A stretch of DNA of 64,000 nt from contig CAVYSY010000027.1 of NCBI GenBank assembly GCA_963771175.1, positions 79,932-143,931 on the forward strand, in the 5' to 3' direction. The translations under genes were made by a program, and so were the position numbers. The notes beneath the pieces are model-generated. The model made no database searches. It was not told the DNA's origin and saw nothing but the letters and a program-made list of their open reading frames with translations. Positions 43,823-52,557 of this stretch are shown here, piece after piece. Every line of letters begins with the position of its first letter. Position 1 is the first letter of the stretch. Source of the stretch: an uncultured delta proteobacterium (lineage in GTDB: Bacteria > Myxococcota > Myxococcia > Myxococcales > Myxococcaceae).

Positions 43823-44311
43823 GTGATGAGCACCAATCTCTGGGTGGAACAATTCCGGGCGCTGCACGCGCGGGCGCGCAAGGGGCAGTTGCCGGAAAGC
43901 GAGAAGAGGCACTACCTGGCCGCCCGGGAGCAGTTCGCGCGGGCGCTGACGGCGGCGCAGGGAATGAGCCTCCCCCCGGGCCAGTCCGCCCGGCGCAACT
44001 TCCGGGTCGCCCAGGGGCTGCAGGTGGACCTGAGCCTGCCGAGCGAGCAGCTCCGCTCCATCACGCTGGACGTGTCGGTGGGTGGCTTCTCGGTGATGAT
44101 GCACAAGCCGCCGCCGGAGACGGAGCTGCACGGCTTCTCGCTGCGGCTGCCGGGCAGCACGGAGCCGCTGGTGGGCCGCGCGAAGGTGGTCTCGGTGCAG
44201 CGCAAGATTGGCACCCACCGCGTCTCCTTCGCCATCCAGGGCCTCGCCGAGAAGGACGCGGAGCGGCTGGAGATGGTCCTGTTCGACCTGGCGCTGGAGC
44301 GCATCAAGTAG
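43823..44311 (+). CDS. PilZ-domain protein, tandem paralogue
   Basis: RRNFR and DVSVGG; shares YLAAREQFARAL with the upstream gene. Confidence 0.85.
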   Translation: MMSTNLWVEQFRALHARARKGQLPESEKRHYLAAREQFARALTAAQGMSLPPGQSARRNFRVAQGLQVDLSLPSEQLRSITLDVSVGGFSVMMHKPPPETELHGFSLRLPGSTEPLVGRAKVVSVQRKIGTHRVSFAIQGLAEKDAERLEMVLFDLALERIK

Positions 44312-44334
44312 GGCCCTCGGGCCCGTGCGCGTCC

Positions 44335-45219
44335 CTAGGACTTCGCGCGGTAGATGTTGGGGGCCACGCAGCGGGCGGGCTCGGCGCTACCGGTGAGGCT
44401 CTCCGCGTGCCCGAGGAAGAGGTAGCCCGTGGGAGGCAGCCGCCGCAGCAGGGCGCTCAGCGCCTGGGCCCGCGCCTCGGCCCCGAAGTAGATGAGGACG
44501 TTGCGGCAGAAGACGAGCTCGAACGGCCCCGCCGGCCAGCCACGCTCGTCGCTCAGGTTGACGCGCGCGAAGCGCAGCACCTCCCGCAGCTCCGGCCCCG
44601 CCTGCATCCACCCCTCCTGGCTGCGCACCCCCTTCAGCATGAAGGTCCGCAGCATCGGCCGGGGGATGCTCGCCGCCTTCTCCAGGGGCCACAGGCCCTG
44701 CCTCGCCCGCTCCAGCGCCCACGTGGACAGGTCCGTCGCCAACACCTCCAGCTCCCACCCCGAGCCCGGGGGGAAGTGCGAGAGCAGCTCCATCGCCAGC
44801 GAGTAGGGCTCCTCCCCCGTCGAGCACCCCGCGCTCCACACCCGCACGCGCCGCGCCATGAGCCCCTGGGCCGCCCGCAGCGTCCACTCGGGGAAGACGC
44901 GCTGGCGCAGGAACTCGAAGTGCTCCGGCTCGCGGAAGAAGTGCGTCTCGTTGGTGCAGAGGCAGTCCAGCATCCGCACCCGCTCCGCCTCGTTGCCGCG
45001 CGCGATGACGAACCGGTAGTAGGCGCCGAAGGACGGCAGCCCGAGCGCGCGCACCCGCCGCGACAGCCGCCCCACCAGCAGCGCCTGCTTCGTGGGACCC
45101 AGGTGGATGCCCGCCTCGCGCTCCACCAGCATCTGGAAGAGGGAGAACTCCCGCTCGGACAACGGGAGCGGGCCGACACCGGACACCGCCGTCTCCACCG
45201 GGGAAGCACCCGCCCTCAT
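44335..45219 (-). CDS. cheR: CheR methyltransferase
   Basis: TNETHFFRE, WSAGCSTGEEPYS, FCRNVLIYF, GHAES. Confidence 0.95.
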   Translation of the reverse strand: MRAGASPVETAVSGVGPLPLSEREFSLFQMLVEREAGIHLGPTKQALLVGRLSRRVRALGLPSFGAYYRFVIARGNEAERVRMLDCLCTNETHFFREPEHFEFLRQRVFPEWTLRAAQGLMARRVRVWSAGCSTGEEPYSLAMELLSHFPPGSGWELEVLATDLSTWALERARQGLWPLEKAASIPRPMLRTFMLKGVRSQEGWMQAGPELREVLRFARVNLSDERGWPAGPFELVFCRNVLIYFGAEARAQALSALLRRLPPTGYLFLGHAESLTGSAEPARCVAPNIYRAKS

Positions 45220-45728
45220 GCGCTCCCGCCGGTCGCGCCGCCCACCAGGCCGAGCAGCTCATCGGCCGACAGCACCCGGTCCAGGTCGAGCAGGAGGATG
45301 AAGCGCTGCTCCTGCCGACCCATGCCTCGCAGGTAGTCCACCGGGGTGTGCGTGCCGAAGGAGGGCGGCGGCTCGATGTCGTCCGGCCCGAGGTCGAGCA
45401 CCTCGCTCACGGAGTCGGCCAGCAACCCCAGCGCCGTGCGCTCGCCATCCATCAGCGCCTCGACGATGACGAAGCACGTCCAGCGGGTGATGGGGCGCGG
45501 GCCGAGCCCCATCTTCACCGCGAGGTCCACCACCGGCACCACGCGGCCCCGCAGGTTGATGACGCCCAGCACCGAGGGAGGCATGCCGGGCACGCGGGTG
45601 ATGGGGACGTGCTCGATGATTTCACGGATGCGCAGCAGCTCGATGGCGTACATCTCACCGGCCAGCGAGAAGCCCAGATACTGCGCTGGACGGGCGACCT
45701 CGGAGGCCGTGCTCGTGTTCGTGTTCAT
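45216..45728 (-). CDS. cheW: CheW
   Basis: ITRVPGMP, GVINLRGRVVPVVDL. Confidence 0.95.
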   Translation of the reverse strand: MNTNTSTASEVARPAQYLGFSLAGEMYAIELLRIREIIEHVPITRVPGMPPSVLGVINLRGRVVPVVDLAVKMGLGPRPITRWTCFVIVEALMDGERTALGLLADSVSEVLDLGPDDIEPPPSFGTHTPVDYLRGMGRQEQRFILLLDLDRVLSADELLGLVGGATGGSA

Positions 45729-45743
45729 GGGTTGCTCTCCGTC

Positions 45744-47416
45744 CTAGAAGCGCTTGAAGTCCGTGTCCGAGCCAGGCGCCGCGCGCACTGGCAGCGCCTG
45801 CGCCACCGCCTTCAGCCCCTGAGCCGTCGCGTGCACGGGTGCATGCGCCAGCGGCATCACCACGGGTCTCAGCGGTCTCAACACCGGGTGCCCTCCAGAG
45901 TGCCCCTCCTCCGCCACGCGGAAGAACGTCATCATCTGTTGCAGCGACTCGGCCTGTGCCGCCAGCTCCTCCGCCGTCGATGACAGCTCCTCGGCCGCCG
46001 AGGCGTTTCGCTGCGTCACCTGGTCCACCTGCACCATCGCCCGGTTCATCTGCACCACCCCGCTGGCCTGCTCCCTCGACACCGCCGCCACCTGCTGCAC
46101 CAGCTCCGCCGTCTTGCGAATGGAGGGCACCAGCTCCTTCAGCAGCATCCCCGAGCGCTCCGCCACCTTCACGCTGCTGCTGGCCAGGCTCCCAATCTCC
46201 TTGGCCGCCTTCTGGCTCCTCTCCGCCAGCTTCCTCACCTCCGCCGCCACCACCGCGAATCCCCTCCCGTGCTCCCCGGCCCTCGCCGCCTCCACCGCCG
46301 CGTTCAGCGCCAGCAGGTTCGTCTGGTACGCAATCTCCTCCACGATTCCGATTCGCTCCGCGATGGCCGCCATCGCCTCCACCGTCTCGTTCACCGCCAG
46401 CCCGCTCTCCTCCGCCTCCCGCCGCTCCTCTCACCGCCATGGACTCGAGCTGCTTGCTCGTCTCCGCGTTCTGGCTGATGGAGGCGCTCAACTGCTCCAG
46501 GCTCGTCGTCGTCTCCTCCACCGACGCCGCCTGCGTGCTGGTGCCCTGCGACAGTGACTGCGCCGCCGCGGCCACCAGCCCCGACGCGCCCGAGAGTGAG
46601 CCCACCGCGCCCCTCACCTCTCCCAGCACGCTGCCGAAGCGCTGCACCATCTCCCGCATCCCCTCCATCATCCGCGCCGTCTCGTCCTCGCCCCGCACCT
46701 CGATGACGGTGGTGAGGTCTCCCGAGGCCAGCCTCCCGGTGAGCCTCACGCCCTCGTGGAGCGGCCGGACGATGCCGCGCGACAGCACCCACGCCAGCAG
46801 CACCGCCAGCACCGGTCCCACCACGCCTCCGTCACCAGCATCCGCCTCACCGACGCCACCTGCGCTCGGACACCCGAGCACGGGCGCTGGCGCTGCGCCA
46901 GACGCGTCCTGATGGAGGGTGTCCTCGACGGTGCGCAGGCTCTCCAGGAGCTTCCGCCCCTTGCCGCTCTTCACGTAGGCCAGACCTCCTCCATGGAGGC
47001 GCGGCCCGCGTCCGCATCCCGGCGCAGCGCCACCTGGTGCTCGATGTGCGGGAGGAACTGCTGCTGGTACTGGTCCATCAGTTGTTGGAGCAACTCCTGC
47101 TGGCGGGGGGAACCCGCCGTCAGCTCCTTCAGCCGGGTGTGCGCCTTGAGGACCTGGGCGCGCTGCTGGGGCAGCGGCTCGAGGAGGGACTCATCGCCCG
47201 TGAACGCGAAGCCCAGTGCCCGGGCCTCCATGTCCAGCAGGGCGTTGTCCAGGGACAGCAGCTCGATGCCGGGTTTCGTGGGCGCGGTAGTACCCGTCGG
47301 TGTTCACGAGGCTGCATGAAGAGGCCGTAGGACCCCCAGATGACGGTGGCGAGCAGCGCGACGAGCACGCCGAATCCGAGCTGCAACTTGCGGCTGATGG
47401 TGAGCTTCTCGAGCAT
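45744..47416 (-). CDS. Methyl-accepting chemotaxis protein (CHASE3-like sensor; several frameshifts)
   Basis: [32 protein letters not shown]-terminal DFKRF pentapeptide. Confidence 0.88.
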
Positions 47417-47464
47417 GAGACAGGCCCCTCTAAAGACGGGAGGAAGGAGGAAAGGACGGGGCTC

Positions 47465-49078
47465 TCACATGGCGACACGCTGGCGCAGGGCCGCGCGCAG
47501 GAGGCCCGGCACGTCCAGGACGAGCCCCACGCGCCCGCTGCCGAGGATGGTGGAGCCGGACACTCCGGGCAGGTTCCGGAAGAGGCGACCCAGGGGCTTG
47601 AGGACGTGCTGGCCCTCGCCGTACAGCACGTCCACCACCAACCCCGCCCGGCTACCGCCCTGGCCCAGCACGACGACACTCTCCCGGCCCGGCCCGGGGC
47701 CCTCCACGCCCAGCACGTCGCGCAGCCGCAGGTAGGGCAGCACCCGGCCTCGCAGGTTCAGCACGCCACCGCCGGGCTGCCCGACCCGCTCCACCGGCAG
47801 CTCCAGGCACTCCCGCACCGCATCCAGTGGCAGCACGTACGTCTCCTCGCCCACGCCCACCGAGAAGCCCTGGATGGTGGCCAGCGTCAGCGGCACCCGC
47901 AGCGTCACCGTGGTGCCCTTCCCCTCCTCGCTGCGCAGCGTCACCATGCCCCGCAGGCCCTCCACGCCGCGCCGCACCACATCCATGCCCACGCCGCGCC
48001 CGGACACCTCCGTCACCTGCTCGGCGGTGGACAGCCCCGGCAGGAAGACGAGCTCCTCCAGCTCCTCCACCGTCATCCGCTCGGGCTCCAGCCCCAGCGC
48101 GCGCGCCTTCTCCCTCAGCCTGTCGTGCCGCAGGCCCCGGCCGTCGTCACTCAGCTCCACCACCAGCGAGCCCGGCTCGTGGAAGGCCCGCAGCACCAGC
48201 GTGCCGCACGCCTCCTTGCCCCCGGCCCGCCGCGCCTCCGGCAGCTCCAGCCCGTGGTCCACCGCGTTGCGCACCAGGTGCAGCAGCGGCTCGCGCAGGC
48301 CCTCCACCAGCGCGGTGTCCACCTCCACGTCCTCGCCCTCCAGCACCAGCCGCACCCACTTGCGCTCCCTGCGCGCCAGGTCCCTCACCGTGCGCAGCTG
48401 CTGCCGGAAGAGCGGCCCCACCGGCACCATCCGCACCCGCATCACCTCGTCCCGCAGCTCCTCGTGGAGGCGGTCCGCCTCGAGGTGCAGCTCCAGCGCC
48501 TCCTGCGCCGAGCCCGTGGCCAGCGCCTGCGCCAGCCGTCCCCGGGCGATGGCCAGCTCGCCGGTGAGAGTGGCGATACGGTCCAGCTTCTCCACGTCCA
48601 CGCGCAGCGAGCGCCCGCGCCGCCCCGCCACCGGGGCCTCCTCCGCCTCCGCCGGCTCCGCGGAAAGGTACGGGAGCGCCTGCCGCTCCCGCGCCGTCGC
48701 GCCGAAGGCCCGCAGCCGCTCCAACAGCGACGCGTGGCCCTCTCCAGGCTCCTCCGCTCCCGCCCGAGCGGCCTTCACCAGCTCGCGCAGCCGGTCCACC
48801 ACCTCCAGCAACAGCGACACCTGCTCGTCATCCACCGGCAGCCGCCGCTCCAGCAGCGCCTCCAGCACGTCCTCCAGCACGTGCGAGAGGTCCGTCATGC
48901 CGGAGAAGCCCATCGCGGACGCGGCCCCCTTGAGGGTGTGCGCCCCCCGAAAGATGGAGCGCATCCGCTCCTCGTCCGGGTGTGTCTCCAACCCGACGAG
49001 TGTCTCCTCCATCTCGGTGAGAATCTCCTCCGCCTCCTCGGCGAAGGTCGCGAGCAACCGCTCCCGGTCGAAATCCAC
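47465..49078 (-). CDS. cheA: CheA (short, no obvious P2)
   Basis: FRGAHTLKG, HLVRNAVDHG, SGRGVGMDVV. Confidence 0.95.
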   Translation of the reverse strand: MDFDRERLLATFAEEAEEILTEMEETLVGLETHPDEERMRSIFRGAHTLKGAASAMGFSGMTDLSHVLEDVLEALLERRLPVDDEQVSLLLEVVDRLRELVKAARAGAEEPGEGHASLLERLRAFGATARERQALPYLSAEPAEAEEAPVAGRRGRSLRVDVEKLDRIATLTGELAIARGRLAQALATGSAQEALELHLEADRLHEELRDEVMRVRMVPVGPLFRQQLRTVRDLARRERKWVRLVLEGEDVEVDTALVEGLREPLLHLVRNAVDHGLELPEARRAGGKEACGTLVLRAFHEPGSLVVELSDDGRGLRHDRLREKARALGLEPERMTVEELEELVFLPGLSTAEQVTEVSGRGVGMDVVRRGVEGLRGMVTLRSEEGKGTTVTLRVPLTLATIQGFSVGVGEETYVLPLDAVRECLELPVERVGQPGGGVLNLRGRVLPYLRLRDVLGVEGPGPGRESVVVLGQGGSRAGLVVDVLYGEGQHVLKPLGRLFRNLPGVSGSTILGSGRVGLVLDVPGLLRAALRQRVAM

Positions 49079-49105
49079 TGTGCCCCCCTCTGGAGTTCCA
49101 GCCGC

Positions 49106-49741
49106 TCAGGAAGGAGTCCTGGAGGCGATGCCACGAGCGCAGTAGAGGGCCCGGGCGCCCTCGGTCGCCAGCAGCTCCAGGAGCTCCCGGTCCTCGGGCT
49201 CCAGGCGCTGTTTGTGGGGCAGCAGTCCGAAGAGGACCATCATCCCCAGCACGTGGTGTCCCAGCCGCAGGGGCACGCAGGCGCGCGGCCCCTCGGCGCG
49301 AGCCACCGCGGCCCCGTCCTCCACCAGGTCCGCCAGCCAGGACGAGCCGGTGCGCGCCGCCCGGCCGATGGGGTCCTCGCCCAGTGGCAGCCGGCGGAAG
49401 CGCTCGGCGTCGATGCCCAGGGACATCTGGAGAACCAGCTCGGGCCCGCCCGGGTCCAGCTCGAAGATGCCGAGCATCTCCGAGCCCACCAGATTGACGA
49501 GCAGGTCCTGGAGGATGGCCAGCAGCTCGCGAGGCTCGAGCGACTCATGCAGACGCTGGGAGGCCACGCGCAGGCGCACCAGGTGGGCGAGCTGCGACTC
49601 CACGAGGCCGTGCCGCTGCTCCCGCCACCGCTCCTCTTCCCGGCTCCGCGCGAGCGAGGCCCTCAGTATCTCGTTCTCCGTGCGCAGGGCGGTCACCTCC
49701 GCGCGCAACGACTCGGTGTCCCAACGTTGCTGCTCCCTCAT
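49106..49741 (-). CDS. Coiled-coil plus GAF domain protein
   Basis: GEDPIGRAA, ACVPLR, LEPEDRELLELL; coupled to the flanking genes. Confidence 0.75.
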   Translation of the reverse strand: MREQQRWDTESLRAEVTALRTENEILRASLARSREEERWREQRHGLVESQLAHLVRLRVASQRLHESLEPRELLAILQDLLVNLVGSEMLGIFELDPGGPELVLQMSLGIDAERFRRLPLGEDPIGRAARTGSSWLADLVEDGAAVARAEGPRACVPLRLGHHVLGMMVLFGLLPHKQRLEPEDRELLELLATEGARALYCARGIASRTPS

Positions 49742-50121
49742 GCCCGCCGTCCCTCCTCCAGGTGGCTGCGCACCTTGGCCAGCAGCTCCTCGCCATCGAA
49801 GGGCTTGGTGATGTAGTCGGTGCAACCGCTCTCGAAGCCCTGGCGCACGTAGTGGGGCTCGCCCCGGGTGGTGACGAGGATGATGGGCACCTCCTTCGTC
49901 TCCGCGCGCGAGCGCAGCTCGCGGCACGTCTGGAAGCCATCCATGCGAGGCATGAGGACATCCAGGAAGATGAGGTCCGGGCACTCGACGGCGGCCTTGT
50001 CGAGCGCCTCCTGCCCATCGCGCGCGGTGAACAGCTCATAGCCGCAGTTGGACAGCATCATCCGGTGCAGCAACAGCACGGTGCTGGAGTCGTCGACGAG
50101 GAGGATCTTCTTCTTGGGCAT
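49738..50121 (-). CDS. Single-domain response regulator (CheY-like)
   Basis: ILLVDDS, FLDVLMPRMDG, YITKP. Confidence 0.92.
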   Translation of the reverse strand: MPKKKILLVDDSSTVLLLHRMMLSNCGYELFTARDGQEALDKAAVECPDLIFLDVLMPRMDGFQTCRELRSRAETKEVPIILVTTRGEPHYVRQGFESGCTDYITKPFDGEELLAKVRSHLEEGRRA

Positions 50122-51322
50122 GACGTTCCTCCGGTGTGGGGAGAGGGATGAGACGGCTCAGAGGACTGCTGGCGCGGATGAGCTCGCGCAGTTGCATGAG
50201 CCGCTGGGGGCTCATGCCCAGGAACTGGATGCCCATACCGAGCGGGTACAAGGCGACGCGGCGGGGCACATAGGGATTGGACCAGGAGACGAGGCCGGGC
50301 CCCTCGAGCACCTCGCGGGTGGTGGGCAGGTGGATGCGCAGCTCCAGCGCGGCGCCGGGGCGTGCGGGCACCAGGGTGCGCACGAAGAGGGCGCCCGGGC
50401 TGAGCGCGCTGGAGAAGCAGGAGCTCCAGGAGAAGGCGCCCACCTCGCGGAACTCCACCGGGCAGACAAAGGGCACGCGCTCGTCCACCAGGAGTGCCAT
50501 CAGGTTGCGCTGCAGCAGACCGTTGATGCGGGCCAGCAGGTGACGGGGCGCCAGGGTGCGCGCGCTCATCCACACCTGCCCGAAGGAGGGGAGCTCGGAG
50601 GGCTCGCCGCTCGTCACCACGGCGGTGTGGACGCGGCCCAGGCGCGTCTCGGTGCGCAGGCGCTCCACGCGCATCATCTCCTCGGTCGAGGTGACGGCGG
50701 TGCGCACCAGCAACAGGTGGATGGGCTCGCCGTGCTCGGCGGCCAGGGCCACGGCGCGCTCGGAGGTAGGGGCGTACAGCAGGTGGTGGCCACACGCCTC
50801 CAGGTGCGAGCCCAGCCCCTCGGACATTCCCGGCACCTCGCCCACCAGCAGCACGGTGCGCGGGTGGCGCCGCTCCATCACCCGGGGCGCGGACGAGGGG
50901 GGCTTGTCGCGCAGCACGTCGAAGCGCGACTGCAGCTCGGTGATACGCACCGGGCCGAGCACGCAGTCCTCCGCGCCGCTGCGCACGCACGCCTCCAGCA
51001 GCTCCGCGGGCGTGTTGTCCGACACGACGAGGAGGATGGGGACGTCCCCGTTGTGGGGGTGGCTGCGCAGCACCGAGCAACCGGGCCCACCCTCCTGCGG
51101 CAGGGAGCGCCAGTCCACCAGCACCACCATGGGGCGGAAGCGGCCCAGCTCCACGCGGGCCGCCAGGAGGTTGTCCACCAGGACCACCTCGCAGCCCACG
51201 GTGCGCAGCAGGGGAACCAGGTGCATCCGCAGCTCCTTGGCGGCATCGACGACCAGCACCCTGCGGGACACCTCCGCGGACACTCCCGACTGAGGGGACA
51301 GCGCGTGCGTGGTGAGCGGCAT
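50036..51322 (-). CDS. REC-REC-PilZ (TIGR02266-like) protein; true stop probably near 50158
   Basis: Two degenerate receiver domains, then DERVP...LSPGALFVRT...GMGIQF. Confidence 0.7.
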   Translation of the reverse strand: MPLTTHALSPQSGVSAEVSRRVLVVDAAKELRMHLVPLLRTVGCEVVLVDNLLAARVELGRFRPMVVLVDWRSLPQEGGPGCSVLRSHPHNGDVPILLVVSDNTPAELLEACVRSGAEDCVLGPVRITELQSRFDVLRDKPPSSAPRVMERRHPRTVLLVGEVPGMSEGLGSHLEACGHHLLYAPTSERAVALAAEHGEPIHLLLVRTAVTSTEEMMRVERLRTETRLGRVHTAVVTSGEPSELPSFGQVWMSARTLAPRHLLARINGLLQRNLMALLVDERVPFVCPVEFREVGAFSWSSCFSSALSPGALFVRTLVPARPGAALELRIHLPTTREVLEGPGLVSWSNPYVPRRVALYPLGMGIQFLGMSPQRLMQLRELIRASSPLSRLIPLPTPEERHAQEEDPPRRRLQHRAVAAPDDAVQLRL

Positions 51323-51823
51323 GATGTGATTCCCCCCGTGGCACCGTGAGACAACCCCCACCAGCCCTCGCCCCGCCGGAGCTCCTCCCCATTCCTTGAC
51401 GGGCGCAAGGAATCAGGGAGCACCGCGTGAAAGTCACATGAAAGGAAATACGGGAAACCTTTCCTGCTTGCCTCCTGTCCTCGGGAACGGGGGGTCGGCG
51501 CGTGAGCGCTAGCGAACAGTTTCCGTCACGAGGGGGTCACTCCCCCTGATTCTCTCGGGAGAACGGGGAGTTGCTCCGTTCACCGCCGGACGGACGGAAG
51601 CGCTCGCGCGGAGTCGGACATGCCCCTACCGAGCGTCTTCTGTTTTCAAATACACAGCATTCGAGAAGCGGGTCCAAGCCAGGGAAAACATTCCATTTCG
51701 GGAGTCAGGAATGATCCACCGGAACAACAACTCTCATTTAATAAGACACCCGTGCGACAGAAATTGAACCCGTCCACGTCCGCGAGCAGCCCCCTCGGGG
51801 TGACGCGCGGATCGCCCTCCGCA

Positions 51824-52543
51824 TCACCCCGGCGCCAAGGGCGACAACGGCCGCAGCAGCCCAGCCCCGCTCAGCAGCGTCTGGACGCGGGCGGCCAGCG
51901 CGACGTGCTCCGGGTTGGCGGCGGTGAACCGCTCGGGCGTGAGGATGACGAGAGTGCCCTGGTCCTCCACGGGCTCGACACGCACGGGAGCGGGCAGAGG
52001 GGGCACGGTGCCGCGCAGCCGCGAGAAGTACATCACCCAGCCCACGAAGGTTCCTGGCTCAGCGCTCTCCGTCACGCTGTCGCGGTGCTCCTCAGACGTA
52101 GCAATGCCCCACTCCGGCTCCCAGGCCAGTGCCATGGCGCGCAACACCTCGGTCATCACGGAAGCGGTGAGTACCCGTGCTGCGATAGGACCTCGCGTGT
52201 AGGGGCTGAGCACGCAAGAGGACGAAAGCCAGGGAGCAGCGAAACCGCACTTCGCTCTGACAGTGGACGTTTCCCGAGGGTTGTCGCCCGCCCACAGCCA
52301 GAAAGAGAAGCCATCATCAATCCGATGCTCCGCCTCTGCGAACAGCTTCTGGAATCTCGCGGCGTCCGTGTTGAGCTGGCGTTTGCGCGCTTCCTCGAAG
52401 GAGCCAGCCGTCTGATGCCAGCGGTTCCACGCCGGGTCGCAACGACCGAGGCCTCGAAAGAACCGCTCCGCGCGCCGTGCGCAAGCCTCAGCGGATTCGG
52501 GCCGGGCCAGCCAGTAGGAGCCGGCGTAATAGGTCTCTTGCAT
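51824..52543 (-). CDS. Imm52-family immunity protein
   Basis: ETYYAGSYWLAR, MALAWEPEWG, FVGWVMY, GTLVILTPERFT; directly downstream of the toxin. Confidence 0.85.
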   Translation of the reverse strand: MQETYYAGSYWLARPESAEACARRAERFFRGLGRCDPAWNRWHQTAGSFEEARKRQLNTDAARFQKLFAEAEHRIDDGFSFWLWAGDNPRETSTVRAKCGFAAPWLSSSCVLSPYTRGPIAARVLTASVMTEVLRAMALAWEPEWGIATSEEHRDSVTESAEPGTFVGWVMYFSRLRGTVPPLPAPVRVEPVEDQGTLVILTPERFTAANPEHVALAARVQTLLSGAGLLRPLSPLAPG

Positions 52544-52557
52544 CGAACGGCTACTCC

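Noticed and set aside
51330..51800. Riboswitch or ncRNA in the AT-richer intergenic region
   Set aside because: Short hairpins exist (e.g. 51391-51413) but I recognise no family consensus; an Rfam search is needed
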